Shown: positions 10,070 through 18,615 of the stretch, one piece after another
Numbering within the stretch: the first letter of the stretch is position 1
Layout of the letters: every line of letters starts with the position of its first letter
Origin: a candidate division NPL-UPA2 bacterium Unc8
GTDB lineage: Bacteria > NPL-UPA2
DNA: 35,933 nt
Direction: 5' to 3'
Assembly: GCA_003574845.1 (NCBI GenBank)
Contig: NDHY01000008.1
Coordinates: forward strand, 1 to 35,933
The notes under the pieces: model-generated
Seen by the model: the letters and a program-made list of their open reading frames with translations, nothing else
Database searches by the model: none
Told to the model about the DNA's origin: nothing
Position numbers and translations under genes: made by a program

Positions 10070-10113
10070 GTAGCGGTGCGACCCCGATTTGCATCGGGGC
10101 ATGCTTATCGCAC
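10070..10113 (+). repeat. Nested palindrome (GTAG-led outer stem with an inner CCCCGAT-TTGC-ATCGGGG hairpin)
   Basis: GTGCGA (10076-10081) pairs with TCGCAC (10108-10113); a perfect 7-bp inner stem lies at 10082-10099. Confidence 0.6.
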
Positions 10114-10123
10114 ATTGTTTCAG

Positions 10124-10984
10124 ATGGGAATTATTTACTTTAACGGAAATCTAACTGAAGAAAAAGCAGTTATTTCGCCAGTTGACCGCGGGTTCCTTTA
10201 TGGCGATGGAGTATTTGAGACAATGCGCTCCTATGGAGGCAGAATATTCCACCAGGAAGAGCATCTCGTGCGGCTCTTCCACTCAGCAGAAGTCATCTCT
10301 TTAAAAATTCCATATACCATCTCCCGACTAAAGGAGGCAACATCAGAGACACTATTGGCTAATAGATTAAGTAATGCTTATATTAGAATTACCGTTTCCC
10401 GCGGGGATGGAATAGGGCTTATCCCACCTTCATCGCCAGGTGGGAACCTGTTAATCGTTGTTCAAAAAGTGCCTTTATTCCCGAAGAGATGGTACACAGA
10501 TGGTTTGAGTGGGGTTGTAGTTAAAATCAAGAAAGATAGCCGTTCTCCCCTCTCCAGTATAAAGTCACTCAATTATCTTCCTAACATCCTGGCAAAGATT
10601 GAGGCACAGGCAAGGAACGCTGAGGAAGGAATAATTTTGAACAGCGATTGCCTGCTTTCTTCTGCAACGGCAAGCAATATATTTCTTGTCTCAGGAGGAA
10701 AGCTATTTACACCATCACTGAGGAGTAGTATTTTGGCCGGGATAACTCGACGGACAGTAATTGAGATTGTCCAAAAGCTGGGACATGAGGTTTGCGAGAC
10801 AGAGATAAGGAAAGAGGAGCTTGCTCGTGCTGATGAAGCCTTCCTCACCAGCTCTGTTCGTGAGATAGTCCCCCTGACCTCAGTTGATGAAGCTCCCATT
10901 GGAGGAGGAAAAGCAGGAGAGATAACAAAAAAAATAACTTATGCCTACCGCGACCTTGTACGTAGCTTAATTAATAAAACCTGA
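10124..10984 (+). CDS. pabC: Class IV PLP aminotransferase, probable aminodeoxychorismate lyase (IlvE/PabC family)
   Basis: DRGFLYGDGVFET, HLVRL, IKSLNY, ILAGITR and ADEAFLTSS motifs. ATG at 10124 is preferred over GTG at 10076 because family similarity begins there. Confidence 0.75.
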   Translation: MGIIYFNGNLTEEKAVISPVDRGFLYGDGVFETMRSYGGRIFHQEEHLVRLFHSAEVISLKIPYTISRLKEATSETLLANRLSNAYIRITVSRGDGIGLIPPSSPGGNLLIVVQKVPLFPKRWYTDGLSGVVVKIKKDSRSPLSSIKSLNYLPNILAKIEAQARNAEEGIILNSDCLLSSATASNIFLVSGGKLFTPSLRSSILAGITRRTVIEIVQKLGHEVCETEIRKEELARADEAFLTSSVREIVPLTSVDEAPIGGGKAGEITKKITYAYRDLVRSLINKT

Positions 10985-12715
10985 TAGTAAGTGGCTTATA
11001 TCTTCTCCAAAGACACTTGCCACCGCTGCCAGTCCAGCCACTATCGCTACAATCCAGATGTAGGACATAATGTTTCTTTTGCTCTTGTGAGCATGGCGAA
11101 AAAGCGGTTTTGTTAAGAGAAAGAAGCCAAGAGGCAGCAGATAAAGTGCGCTACTAATGGCAATAATTAGATTGTGGGGTATACTCTCAAGCGCGTAGGC
11201 TACTCCTAAAAGTGGTGCCGCCAAAATACCCGTCCAGAGCAGTACTCCCAGCCCCTTTTTTATGTTCTTCTTTATGGCATAGATGATGACAAACAGTGCT
11301 CCTGCAGCTATTAGTGTCCTACCTGCAAAACCTAATAAAACCAAATTCTGCCCTATCATCTGCAGTGAGGGAAGATAAACACTACCAAAAAGCCCGATTG
11401 CCCCACCAATGATGGCAAGGGCAGGTATTGTCCCAAGCCTGAATCGTCTCAGTGCTCTCTGGGGTAGTTCAACATTAAATCGGACATAAATTCTTTCCGC
11501 TTTGGTGCGAGAGCCTTTCTGGAGGCTTATTTCAACAAATCCCCTGCCTTTGCTTCCAAAATAATTTTTCTTTTTATCTTTTTTTGGACTAATGGTTATT
11601 GTAATCTTTTGTGGTAACCTGCTCTGATGAACCCTGTCGGCATCCACCGAGAGCCACGGATGGCTTGTCCTGACGCTGGCATCAAGTATCCCTCCACCAC
11701 CATTCTTAACTATGAAGCTAACTGATGGGGCTGCCCATAATCTGATATTCTTAAATTCAAACTCTTTTTTTTCTCTGCCGTCTCCATTTACAATTTCTAT
11801 TTTTGGGTTTCCCTTAAGAAAGACAGTGGCCTCTTTTTTCTTTTTTAGTTGTTTGTCATACTTCTTCTTTCTCTCAGGGTCTCTCAGGCATTCCCAAGCC
11901 TCCTTGACCGGAGCAAACCTTACACTCGCTTCTGCCTTATCCCGGCTGTGTATGTATTCTCTAAACTCCTCGCCATAGGCCCCCTTTATCTTTTCATGGT
12001 CAGCATCCCTGCTGATGCCTAAGACTTCATAATGTGTTTTGTCCGATGGTTTGCCTGCTTTTTCCTTTCCGACAATTTTCACCTCTGCTTTGTGCTTGAT
12101 TGCCCATTCATCTACGAGCTCTGCAATAGTGAGAGCATTAAATCCCAGACTCTTGCCTTTTTTATAAAGAAATCTTATTGTGCTGGGATATAATTTCTTG
12201 TCCACACTTACTGCTACAACAAAGTCTTCCTCCAGAATCTCCTCTGCAGTTTTGTCAGTTGCCTCGGCATCTCTTATTGTAACTTTTCCTTTCGCCCACC
12301 CATTAATCCACTTAAGTATTACGCTTTCATCTACTCCCTTCTCCTCTCCACTACTGATGATAAAATCAAGCTCGCCCTTGTGCAGTATGTTGTCCTTCTC
12401 GGTGAACCTGGAGAAATCATATAATATCTCATCCCTTGCTTTGTGCAGGCAGTACTCATCATATTCCTTTTTCTTCCTGCCATCGGTCAGCACCTCTTTG
12501 ATAAGCGGCAGGACTCGCATGGTTGGAATTGCCCAGTCTTCCTGTTTCAAAATTTTTGAGTTCTTTTGTGCATGCCTGTATTTTGCTTCATACTTAGAGA
12601 GAATCTCCTCTGTGCTGCAAGATGAAGGGGAGATATCCAGGAACCCATAGATACTTCTTTCGCCCATAAGGCTTAAGAAGTTGTCTATTTTTTTAAACTG
12701 TTCTTTGTTGCTCAT
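10967..12715 (-). CDS. Membrane protein with two degenerate J-like domains, an internal duplication, an Ig/BACON-like region and about 5 TM helices
   Basis: THYEVLGISRDA...KEAWECLRDPERKKKYD (aa ~227-290) and a weaker SIYGFLDISP...KEVLTDGRKKKEYD (aa ~21-87); KNGGGGIL...PWLSV; hydrophobic C-terminus. Confidence 0.75.
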   Translation of the reverse strand: MSNKEQFKKIDNFLSLMGERSIYGFLDISPSSCSTEEILSKYEAKYRHAQKNSKILKQEDWAIPTMRVLPLIKEVLTDGRKKKEYDEYCLHKARDEILYDFSRFTEKDNILHKGELDFIISSGEEKGVDESVILKWINGWAKGKVTIRDAEATDKTAEEILEEDFVVAVSVDKKLYPSTIRFLYKKGKSLGFNALTIAELVDEWAIKHKAEVKIVGKEKAGKPSDKTHYEVLGISRDADHEKIKGAYGEEFREYIHSRDKAEASVRFAPVKEAWECLRDPERKKKYDKQLKKKKEATVFLKGNPKIEIVNGDGREKKEFEFKNIRLWAAPSVSFIVKNGGGGILDASVRTSHPWLSVDADRVHQSRLPQKITITISPKKDKKKNYFGSKGRGFVEISLQKGSRTKAERIYVRFNVELPQRALRRFRLGTIPALAIIGGAIGLFGSVYLPSLQMIGQNLVLLGFAGRTLIAAGALFVIIYAIKKNIKKGLGVLLWTGILAAPLLGVAYALESIPHNLIIAISSALYLLPLGFFLLTKPLFRHAHKSKRNIMSYIWIVAIVAGLAAVASVFGEDISHLLSGFIN

Positions 12716-12817
12716 GGCGACTCTACCGTGGTGTTACTGGCAGTTCTTTATATTTGGTTGTCATTGTCAGGAGCGTTAGTGAGTCAAGTTATTTATATAA
12801 CACTACATTACACTTGC

Positions 12818-14416
12818 TTATATGATGCTCTTTTCGTCCTGATATTTTGTCATCTCTTCCACTTCTTCTACAGACAACCCGCCGGTGAGGGCTACCGGGA
12901 TAGAGATTTTGATATTGGGGTCTTCAACATCCCGGAGTTCAACCTCAAGAATTTTGCTGTCGTTGTATCTGTAAATCACATCTATTTCAGCCCCCCCCTC
13001 TCTCTTGGGAAGCTTATCAAGCACGAACTCTCCAATAATGTTTACCTCTTCTGGTTTAACTCCTTCTCCTTCAGTCACCTGGAGTATCGGAGTTCCTTTG
13101 GGATACTTATACCTGTTTGTAACCTCATGGGGAATTGGGGTCATTTCAGGAATGAGATGCTCTACAAAAGAATTTCCCTCCTCATCCTTCAGGACTATAC
13201 CAAGTGGATGAGCATTGATCCCTTTTATCTCAACTTCAGGAAGTGATACCCACCCCTGCTTTTCCTTGATTTTCTCAATTTCTTCTTCAATTTTTGCAGG
13301 AGACTCCTCTTTTAACTCCTCCCTTTTCTCTTCAAGATATTTATATGCAGCATTCAAGGCACAACCAATCGCAACGCACTGGTCAGGATTTATCTCCGTA
13401 GAAGGTTCTTTCCCGCTGATTTTTTTCAGCATGTCGCGTACCATAGGCATATAAGTGGCGCCTCCGGCAAGGAGAATGATGTCAATATCATCCCAGATTT
13501 TGCCTGCTTTTTCCAGCACTATCTTGCATAGTTCCTCGCACCTTTCAAGAAGGTCTACGGTAAGCTCTTTAAACTCCTCCCGGGAAATTCCATACACCTT
13601 TGATTTTCCTGCATGGCTGATGGGAATTTTGACTCTAGGAATTCTTGACAGTTCCACTTTGGACCTTACAACCCTCTCAAAGAGCTCCTGATAGGATAAA
13701 GGGTCGTCTTGCGGGTCCTCATTAAAATCTCCGACAAAGAGCTCGGAGGCATGAGCTAATAATCTTTTATCCCAGTCATATCCTCCTAACTCAGCATCCC
13801 CATCCGAGGATAACATTTTTATCTCATTTCCTTTTATCTGCAAAATAGTAGCATCAAAGGTTCCTCCACCCAGATCAAAGACAAAAATCGTTCTGTCTTC
13901 CTCTAATTTGTTGATGCCAAAGGAAAGGGCTGCCGCTATTGGCTCATCTACAATCATCAAAACATTCAAATTTGCCATCATCCCTGCCTGCTCAGTAGCT
14001 CCTCTTTTAGCAGCGTTAAAATAGGCGGGAACGCTGATTACTGCGTCTTTTACCTCAATCTCCTTGCCATACCTATTTAAAAAATACTGCTCGGCATCCT
14101 GTTTCAATTTTCGCAGGATGTAGCTGGAGAGCTCTTGTGGAGTGTACTTTTTGCCATAAAATTCCTCGTAGTAATCTTCTTTCCCCATCTGCCTCTTTAC
14201 AAATCTGGCGATATTGTCCGGATCCGCCACAATGTAATTAGTCGCCAGTTCTCCTACAATGATGTCCCCTTCATCCTGAAAGTAGATAATCGAGGGCGTA
14301 ACCGGCTTGTTTTCAGCGCTGGGGATTACTTCTACTTTCCCAAACTCATTGACATAAGCTATAGCCGAAAAGGTTGTCCCTAAGTCAATTCCTACAATGG
14401 GCTTAAAGTCTGACAT
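12818..14416 (-). CDS. Hsp70-family protein (non-canonical, not the housekeeping DnaK)
   Basis: GIDLGTTFS, VPAYF, DEPIAAA, FDLGGGTFD, LGGYDWD and LAGGATYMP motifs; only 532 aa, with no helical lid. Confidence 0.92.
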   Translation of the reverse strand: MSDFKPIVGIDLGTTFSAIAYVNEFGKVEVIPSAENKPVTPSIIYFQDEGDIIVGELATNYIVADPDNIARFVKRQMGKEDYYEEFYGKKYTPQELSSYILRKLKQDAEQYFLNRYGKEIEVKDAVISVPAYFNAAKRGATEQAGMMANLNVLMIVDEPIAAALSFGINKLEEDRTIFVFDLGGGTFDATILQIKGNEIKMLSSDGDAELGGYDWDKRLLAHASELFVGDFNEDPQDDPLSYQELFERVVRSKVELSRIPRVKIPISHAGKSKVYGISREEFKELTVDLLERCEELCKIVLEKAGKIWDDIDIILLAGGATYMPMVRDMLKKISGKEPSTEINPDQCVAIGCALNAAYKYLEEKREELKEESPAKIEEEIEKIKEKQGWVSLPEVEIKGINAHPLGIVLKDEEGNSFVEHLIPEMTPIPHEVTNRYKYPKGTPILQVTEGEGVKPEEVNIIGEFVLDKLPKREGGAEIDVIYRYNDSKILEVELRDVEDPNIKISIPVALTGGLSVEEVEEMTKYQDEKSII

Positions 14417-14428
14417 AACAATTCCCTC

Positions 14429-14989
14429 CTATTTTGCTTTTCTATACCTCTTTATAATTACCTCCTCTGGCCTGAAAACTTTTCCTTTCCATAGAAATCC
14501 TTTTCTTTTCTCAGCTTCAACAAGATAATCCTCTTCTTTTTTATCTGTAAAATCTACCTTTATGGCTCTTTGGGTCTGAGCATTAAAGCGAACAGGATGT
14601 TCCTCAGTAGCCTCCCCTTCAATGGGGGTCATGTCCACTCTATACATAATTTCAAGAAGTTCGTCAATCAAATAATCAAACTTCTCCACTATATCATTGC
14701 GTCCAGCATCTCGCTCTGCGTCCCTGAATTTCATTATGCTATCATAAAAGGAAACTATGTTGCGTAGTAGGGGCTCAATGTGCCTATCCAGTTCTGCATC
14801 CATTAATTTGTAGCGGTTCATTTCCTGGTATAATCTGTTAAAAGCATTTTCCTTAGCATTGTCATACATTATCTTTTGTTCAATGTATTTCTTTATCTCC
14901 AAAAGGAGTTTGTTGTTTTTCTGTCCATAGGCTACTCTTTTTCTTTTGGCAAGTGCTTTCTTTTTTTTATTCTCTTCTCCAACTGCCAT
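14429..14989 (-). CDS. GrpE-like nucleotide exchange factor
   Basis: Long coiled-coil region followed by the GrpE-type C-terminus FNAQTQRAI...V...RKGFLWKGKVFRPEEVII. Lies directly upstream of the Hsp70. ATG at 14989 is preceded by GAGAGG. Confidence 0.75.
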   Translation of the reverse strand: MAVGEENKKKKALAKRKRVAYGQKNNKLLLEIKKYIEQKIMYDNAKENAFNRLYQEMNRYKLMDAELDRHIEPLLRNIVSFYDSIMKFRDAERDAGRNDIVEKFDYLIDELLEIMYRVDMTPIEGEATEEHPVRFNAQTQRAIKVDFTDKKEEDYLVEAEKRKGFLWKGKVFRPEEVIIKRYRKAK

Positions 14990-15091
14990 TGCTTTTATTC
15001 CTCTCAATATTGCAATTTGAGTAGCCTGGTGGTTATGCCTTCTTCCTCATTCAATCCTTGATCCTACTCTCGCTAAAAAACTGGAGCTCCG

Positions 15092-15424
15092 TTAGCCAAT
15101 AATGGACTGTAGTTTCATCGCCAGGGACATATCCCCGCTAACTTTTAACTGTCCCGACATAAAGGCAGCTGTAGGGTTGAGCTTACCTTCAGTTATCTTA
15201 GTGAAGTTGTCCAGACTCACCGAGACTGTGCATTTGGGAGAGTCAATGGTTCCTTCCTCAATAGTTGCAACCCCATCAGCTATTGAGACATAGAACCCCC
15301 CCCCTCCCTCTCCGGAAAGATTGAACTGATAGGTAGCAGTGAGACCTGCTAATTTAGCTACTCTGTCAGGCTCCGCTTTCATCTTCTCTTTTATGCCGGC
15401 TACAATACCTCCTATATCTGACAT
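15092..15424 (-). CDS. SCP2 sterol/lipid-binding domain protein
   Basis: YQFNLSGEGGG and GKLNPTAAFMSGQLKVSGDMSLAMKL; ATG at 15424 with an AGGAGG ribosome-binding site. Confidence 0.9.
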   Translation of the reverse strand: MSDIGGIVAGIKEKMKAEPDRVAKLAGLTATYQFNLSGEGGGGFYVSIADGVATIEEGTIDSPKCTVSVSLDNFTKITEGKLNPTAAFMSGQLKVSGDMSLAMKLQSIIG

Positions 15425-15523
15425 CCTTCTACCTCCTTTGGGTTCTAACCCCTCTAACCACAAATAACCACCAAACTACTCAGAGAAAGAAGACTCCTCA
15501 GCCTTTGGCCTAACTACCTGAGC

Positions 15524-15553
15524 ATGTTATCATTATTCTTTCAAATCTGTCAA
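15524..15553 (-). promoter_or_regulatory. Putative sigma70 promoter upstream of the SCP2 gene
   Basis: TTGACA (15553-15548), 18 bp spacer, TAACAT (15529-15524), with an extended -10 TG. Confidence 0.5.
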
Positions 15554-15556
15554 AAT

Positions 15557-16582
15557 TTATGGCTTTGTGATTCTTTTTTCAAGCATTTCTGTAAGCATGG
15601 GAAGAACCTGAAACAGGTCTCCGACTATCCCATAAGTAGCAATATCAAAAATGGGAGCACGAGCATCATTATTAATTGCTACGATTACCTCCGATGACCT
15701 CATGCCTACCTGATGTTGAATTGCTCCTGAAATACCACAGGCAATATAAAGCTTCGCCCGGACAGTTTTTCCTGTCTGACCAATCTGATGACAAGATGAA
15801 ATCCAACCCGCGTCAACAGCTGCCCGAGAGGCTCCCACTGCTCCATTCAGAACTGCAGCAAGCTCCTCAACAAGCTTGAGACCTTCCGCCTTTTCTGGTC
15901 CCCTACCAATGGAAACTATGACATCCGCTCTCTCAAGATCAATAGCTTCTTTCCTGCTGCGGACAATGTCAATAATCCTGATAACGATATCCTCATCAGC
16001 AATTCGCGAGTTAACCTTGATAACCTCTCCACGACGAGAATAGTCTCTCTGTGGCTTCTCCATCATCCCTGGCTTTATAGTAGCCATCTGTGGACGATGG
16101 TCCGGGCAGATAATTGCAGCCATAATATTTTCACCTATGGCAGGGCGATGCTGCCGCAGAATTTTTTCTTTCTTATCTATCTCCAGCTCAGTGCAGGCAG
16201 CAGTCAAGCCCGTTTGCAGACGCGCTGCTACCCGCGGCGCCAGTGATTCTCCAATTGCCGTCGCTCCAAGAAGAAGGATTGCCGGTTTATATTCCCTGAC
16301 CAGATCAGTCAACACTTTTGTATAGGTGTTGTACTGATAATGACGAAGTCGCCCGTCATCAATTAGATAAACCTTGTCTGCCCCGCATGATATTAGTTCC
16401 AGCACTTCTTCTTCTTTCATGTCACTGCAGGGAAGAATGGCAACTAATTCCTCGCCTAAAACATCTGCCAGCTGCCTCCCCTTGCCTAATAATTCCAATC
16501 CAACCTGTTGAAGCATCCCGTCTCTTTGCTCAATGAATATCCAGACACCACTACAATTTTCTAATTCTCTAACTTTTTCCAT
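15557..16582 (-). CDS. etfA: Electron transfer flavoprotein subunit alpha (clostridial, bifurcating-like)
   Basis: RPAIGENIMAAIICPDHRPQMAT, ASRAAVDAGW, QIGQTGK and GISGAIQH motifs. Confidence 0.95.
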   Translation of the reverse strand: MEKVRELENCSGVWIFIEQRDGMLQQVGLELLGKGRQLADVLGEELVAILPCSDMKEEEVLELISCGADKVYLIDDGRLRHYQYNTYTKVLTDLVREYKPAILLLGATAIGESLAPRVAARLQTGLTAACTELEIDKKEKILRQHRPAIGENIMAAIICPDHRPQMATIKPGMMEKPQRDYSRRGEVIKVNSRIADEDIVIRIIDIVRSRKEAIDLERADVIVSIGRGPEKAEGLKLVEELAAVLNGAVGASRAAVDAGWISSCHQIGQTGKTVRAKLYIACGISGAIQHQVGMRSSEVIVAINNDARAPIFDIATYGIVGDLFQVLPMLTEMLEKRITKP

Positions 16583-16591
16583 ATCTTAATT

Positions 16592-16676
16592 CTAAACTCT
16601 AAATTCTCTGTGCCTTTGTGCCTTTGTGCCTTTCTCTTTACTCTCTACTTACCACTTACTACTTATTACCCACTCA
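16592..16676. repeat. Repeat mosaic in the etfB-etfA spacer
   Basis: Three TGTGCC octamers plus ACCACTT/TACTT units. Positions 16616-16649 are identical to 24296-24329. Confidence 0.85.
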
Positions 16677-16678
16677 TT

Positions 16679-17476
16679 TCAAATTATTCCATTTTCCTTC
16701 AATCTATTAAGGAGGGTATCAATCTGTCTGGAGATTGAGCCGGTTAGCATTTCCTTTTTTTTTCTGCCAAATTCAGGAGTAGATAATCCAACTACCCGGG
16801 TTGGGGAACCATCAAGACCAATCCGATTGCTATCCAGATTAAGAGCAGTTACTCCCCACTGAGGAATCTCTGCCCTTCTTGCTTTAAGCACCCCTCGCAT
16901 CCCTGGGCGGCGAGGCTTGTTTATCTCATCTGTTACTGTTAGAACAGCAGGGAGCGGCACCTCCATCACTTCAAAGAAATCTTCAAAGCTGCTTTCGGCT
17001 TTTACTGTATTGTCTTTAATTTCTATCTTTTGCGCACAGGTTATCTGGGGAAGCTCAAGCTGCTCAGCCAGCTGGGGACCAACCTGGGCTGTATCTCCAT
17101 CTATCGTATGTTTTCCCAGGAGAACAAGGTTAAACTCTCCAATTTTTTTAATTGCGGTAGATAAAACATAAGAAGTAGCCAGGGTATCAGAACCCGCCAG
17201 CGCCGGGTCAGTTATGAGAACTGCCTTATCAGCTCCCATAGCGAGAGCCCTTCTAAGTGCGCTCTCAGCCTGAGGAGGACCCATCGTAATGACAGTAACC
17301 TTGCCTCCGTGTCTTTCTCGCAGCCGCAGCGCCTCTTCAATGGCATTCTCATCAAGCGGATTGATAATTAAAGAAACAGCTTCATGCCTGAGTAGAGTCT
17401 TTGTTTTACTATCTACCCTTGCCTTACTTAGAGCATCGGGGCTGGGCACCTGCTTTACACAAACAACGATGTTCAC
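16679..17476 (-). CDS. etfB: Electron transfer flavoprotein subunit beta
   Basis: [34 protein letters not shown] and GLDGSPT motifs. Confidence 0.95.
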   Translation of the reverse strand: MNIVVCVKQVPSPDALSKARVDSKTKTLLRHEAVSLIINPLDENAIEEALRLRERHGGKVTVITMGPPQAESALRRALAMGADKAVLITDPALAGSDTLATSYVLSTAIKKIGEFNLVLLGKHTIDGDTAQVGPQLAEQLELPQITCAQKIEIKDNTVKAESSFEDFFEVMEVPLPAVLTVTDEINKPRRPGMRGVLKARRAEIPQWGVTALNLDSNRIGLDGSPTRVVGLSTPEFGRKKKEMLTGSISRQIDTLLNRLKENGII

Positions 17477-18615
17477 TCTTCTTTTAACAGGTAGCTGGCA
17501 ATGACATTACGTTGAATCTCAGAGGTTCCCTCAATAATCTCAAATAGCTTTGCCTCTCGCATATAACGTTCTACGGGGTATTCCTTTGTGTAACCATATC
17601 CGCCGTGAATCTGGACTGCTTTAGTCGTAACTCGCATACACATCTCACTGGCAAAAACCTTCCCCATAGCAGCAATTTTCTCAAATCCTTTTCCGCAGTC
17701 GCGCAGGAAGGCTGCTTTAAGAATCAAGAGGCGCGCCGCTTCTATTTCCATTGCCATATCGGCAAGCATAAACTGAACTGCCTGAAAATTGAAGATAGAT
17801 TTGCCAAACTGCACTCTTTCCCGGGCATACTTGAGCGCTGCCTTATATGCAGCCCGTGCCAGTCCAACTGCTTTGATTCCCATACCAATGCGACCGATGT
17901 CAAGAGTTTTTATTGCAACCCGAAATCCCTTTCCTTTTGAGAGGAGAACATTTTCCCGGGGAACACGACAATTCCTGAAGACCAGCTCACAATTAGCAAG
18001 TGCAGGATAAGCCATCAAGTCAAATTTCTGACCAAAGGTAAACCCTGGCATTCCCTTTTCTACAATGAAGGCAGTCAGCCCGCGGGGGTCTCCTCCTGAC
18101 CTGGTATTGGCAATAACGATATAGGTCTCTGCCACTCCGCCATTGGTAATGAAGCTCTTTGTCCCATTTAAGATATAACCATCGTTCTCAGGGGTAGCTG
18201 TCATCTGAATATTTCCAATGTCAGAGCCAGCCTGAGGTTCAGTCAAAGCAAAAGCTCCTAACACCTCTCCTTTAGCCAGTGGCGAAAGAAACTTGCGCTT
18301 TTGTTCTTCGGTTCCAAAGATAAGAATCGGATAAATGCAGAGCAGGTTTGCACCATAAATTGCTCCAGTTGTGGCACAAGCCTGTGATATCTCCCCATCC
18401 ACCAATGCCCAGGTAAGATAATTCATCCCCAACCCACCATATTTCTCAGGCACAGCAACTCCCATTAAATCGCTTTGAGAGAGGAGCTTAATATTTTCCC
18501 AGGGGAAATCTTTCTTTTCCTCAATTTCTGCTGCTCTGGGAGCAAGCTCTTTCTGACAAATTTCTCTTACTTCTTTAAGTACTGCTTCCTGATCTTCATT
18601 AAGGTCAAAATTCAT
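17473..18615 (-). CDS. Acyl-CoA dehydrogenase (butyryl-CoA dehydrogenase-like)
   Basis: [34 protein letters not shown] and EGTSEIQR (catalytic Glu present). Confidence 0.93.
   Translation of the reverse strand: MNFDLNEDQEAVLKEVREICQKELAPRAAEIEEKKDFPWENIKLLSQSDLMGVAVPEKYGGLGMNYLTWALVDGEISQACATTGAIYGANLLCIYPILIFGTEEQKRKFLSPLAKGEVLGAFALTEPQAGSDIGNIQMTATPENDGYILNGTKSFITNGGVAETYIVIANTRSGGDPRGLTAFIVEKGMPGFTFGQKFDLMAYPALANCELVFRNCRVPRENVLLSKGKGFRVAIKTLDIGRIGMGIKAVGLARAAYKAALKYARERVQFGKSIFNFQAVQFMLADMAMEIEAARLLILKAAFLRDCGKGFEKIAAMGKVFASEMCMRVTTKAVQIHGGYGYTKEYPVERYMREAKLFEIIEGTSEIQRNVIASYLLKEE

Noticed and set aside
10076-10123. N-terminal extension of pabC from GTG 10076 (likewise the longer starts given for SCP2 at 15463 and GrpE-like at 15007)
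   Set aside because: The extensions run through palindromic or UTR sequence. Downstream ATGs match family starts or have better ribosome-binding sites.
12728-13246. 172-aa plus-strand hydrophobic-looking ORF
   Set aside because: It lies mostly antisense to the well-supported Hsp70 gene and has no recognisable motif.
12818-14416. Calling the locus canonical grpE-dnaK-dnaJ
   Set aside because: The Hsp70 lacks the lid and canonical linker, and the J-like protein lacks HPD, the G/F region and the zinc finger.
15004-15057. Short minus-strand frame (LNEEEGITTRLLKLQY*) as a remnant of a gene upstream of the GrpE-like ORF
   Set aside because: It is too short, is closed by in-frame stops just upstream, and shows no recognisable similarity.
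15075-15095. Possible terminator after the SCP2 gene (GGAGCTCC followed by a T-run on the minus strand)
   Set aside because: The palindrome has no loop and too short a stem to form a credible hairpin.
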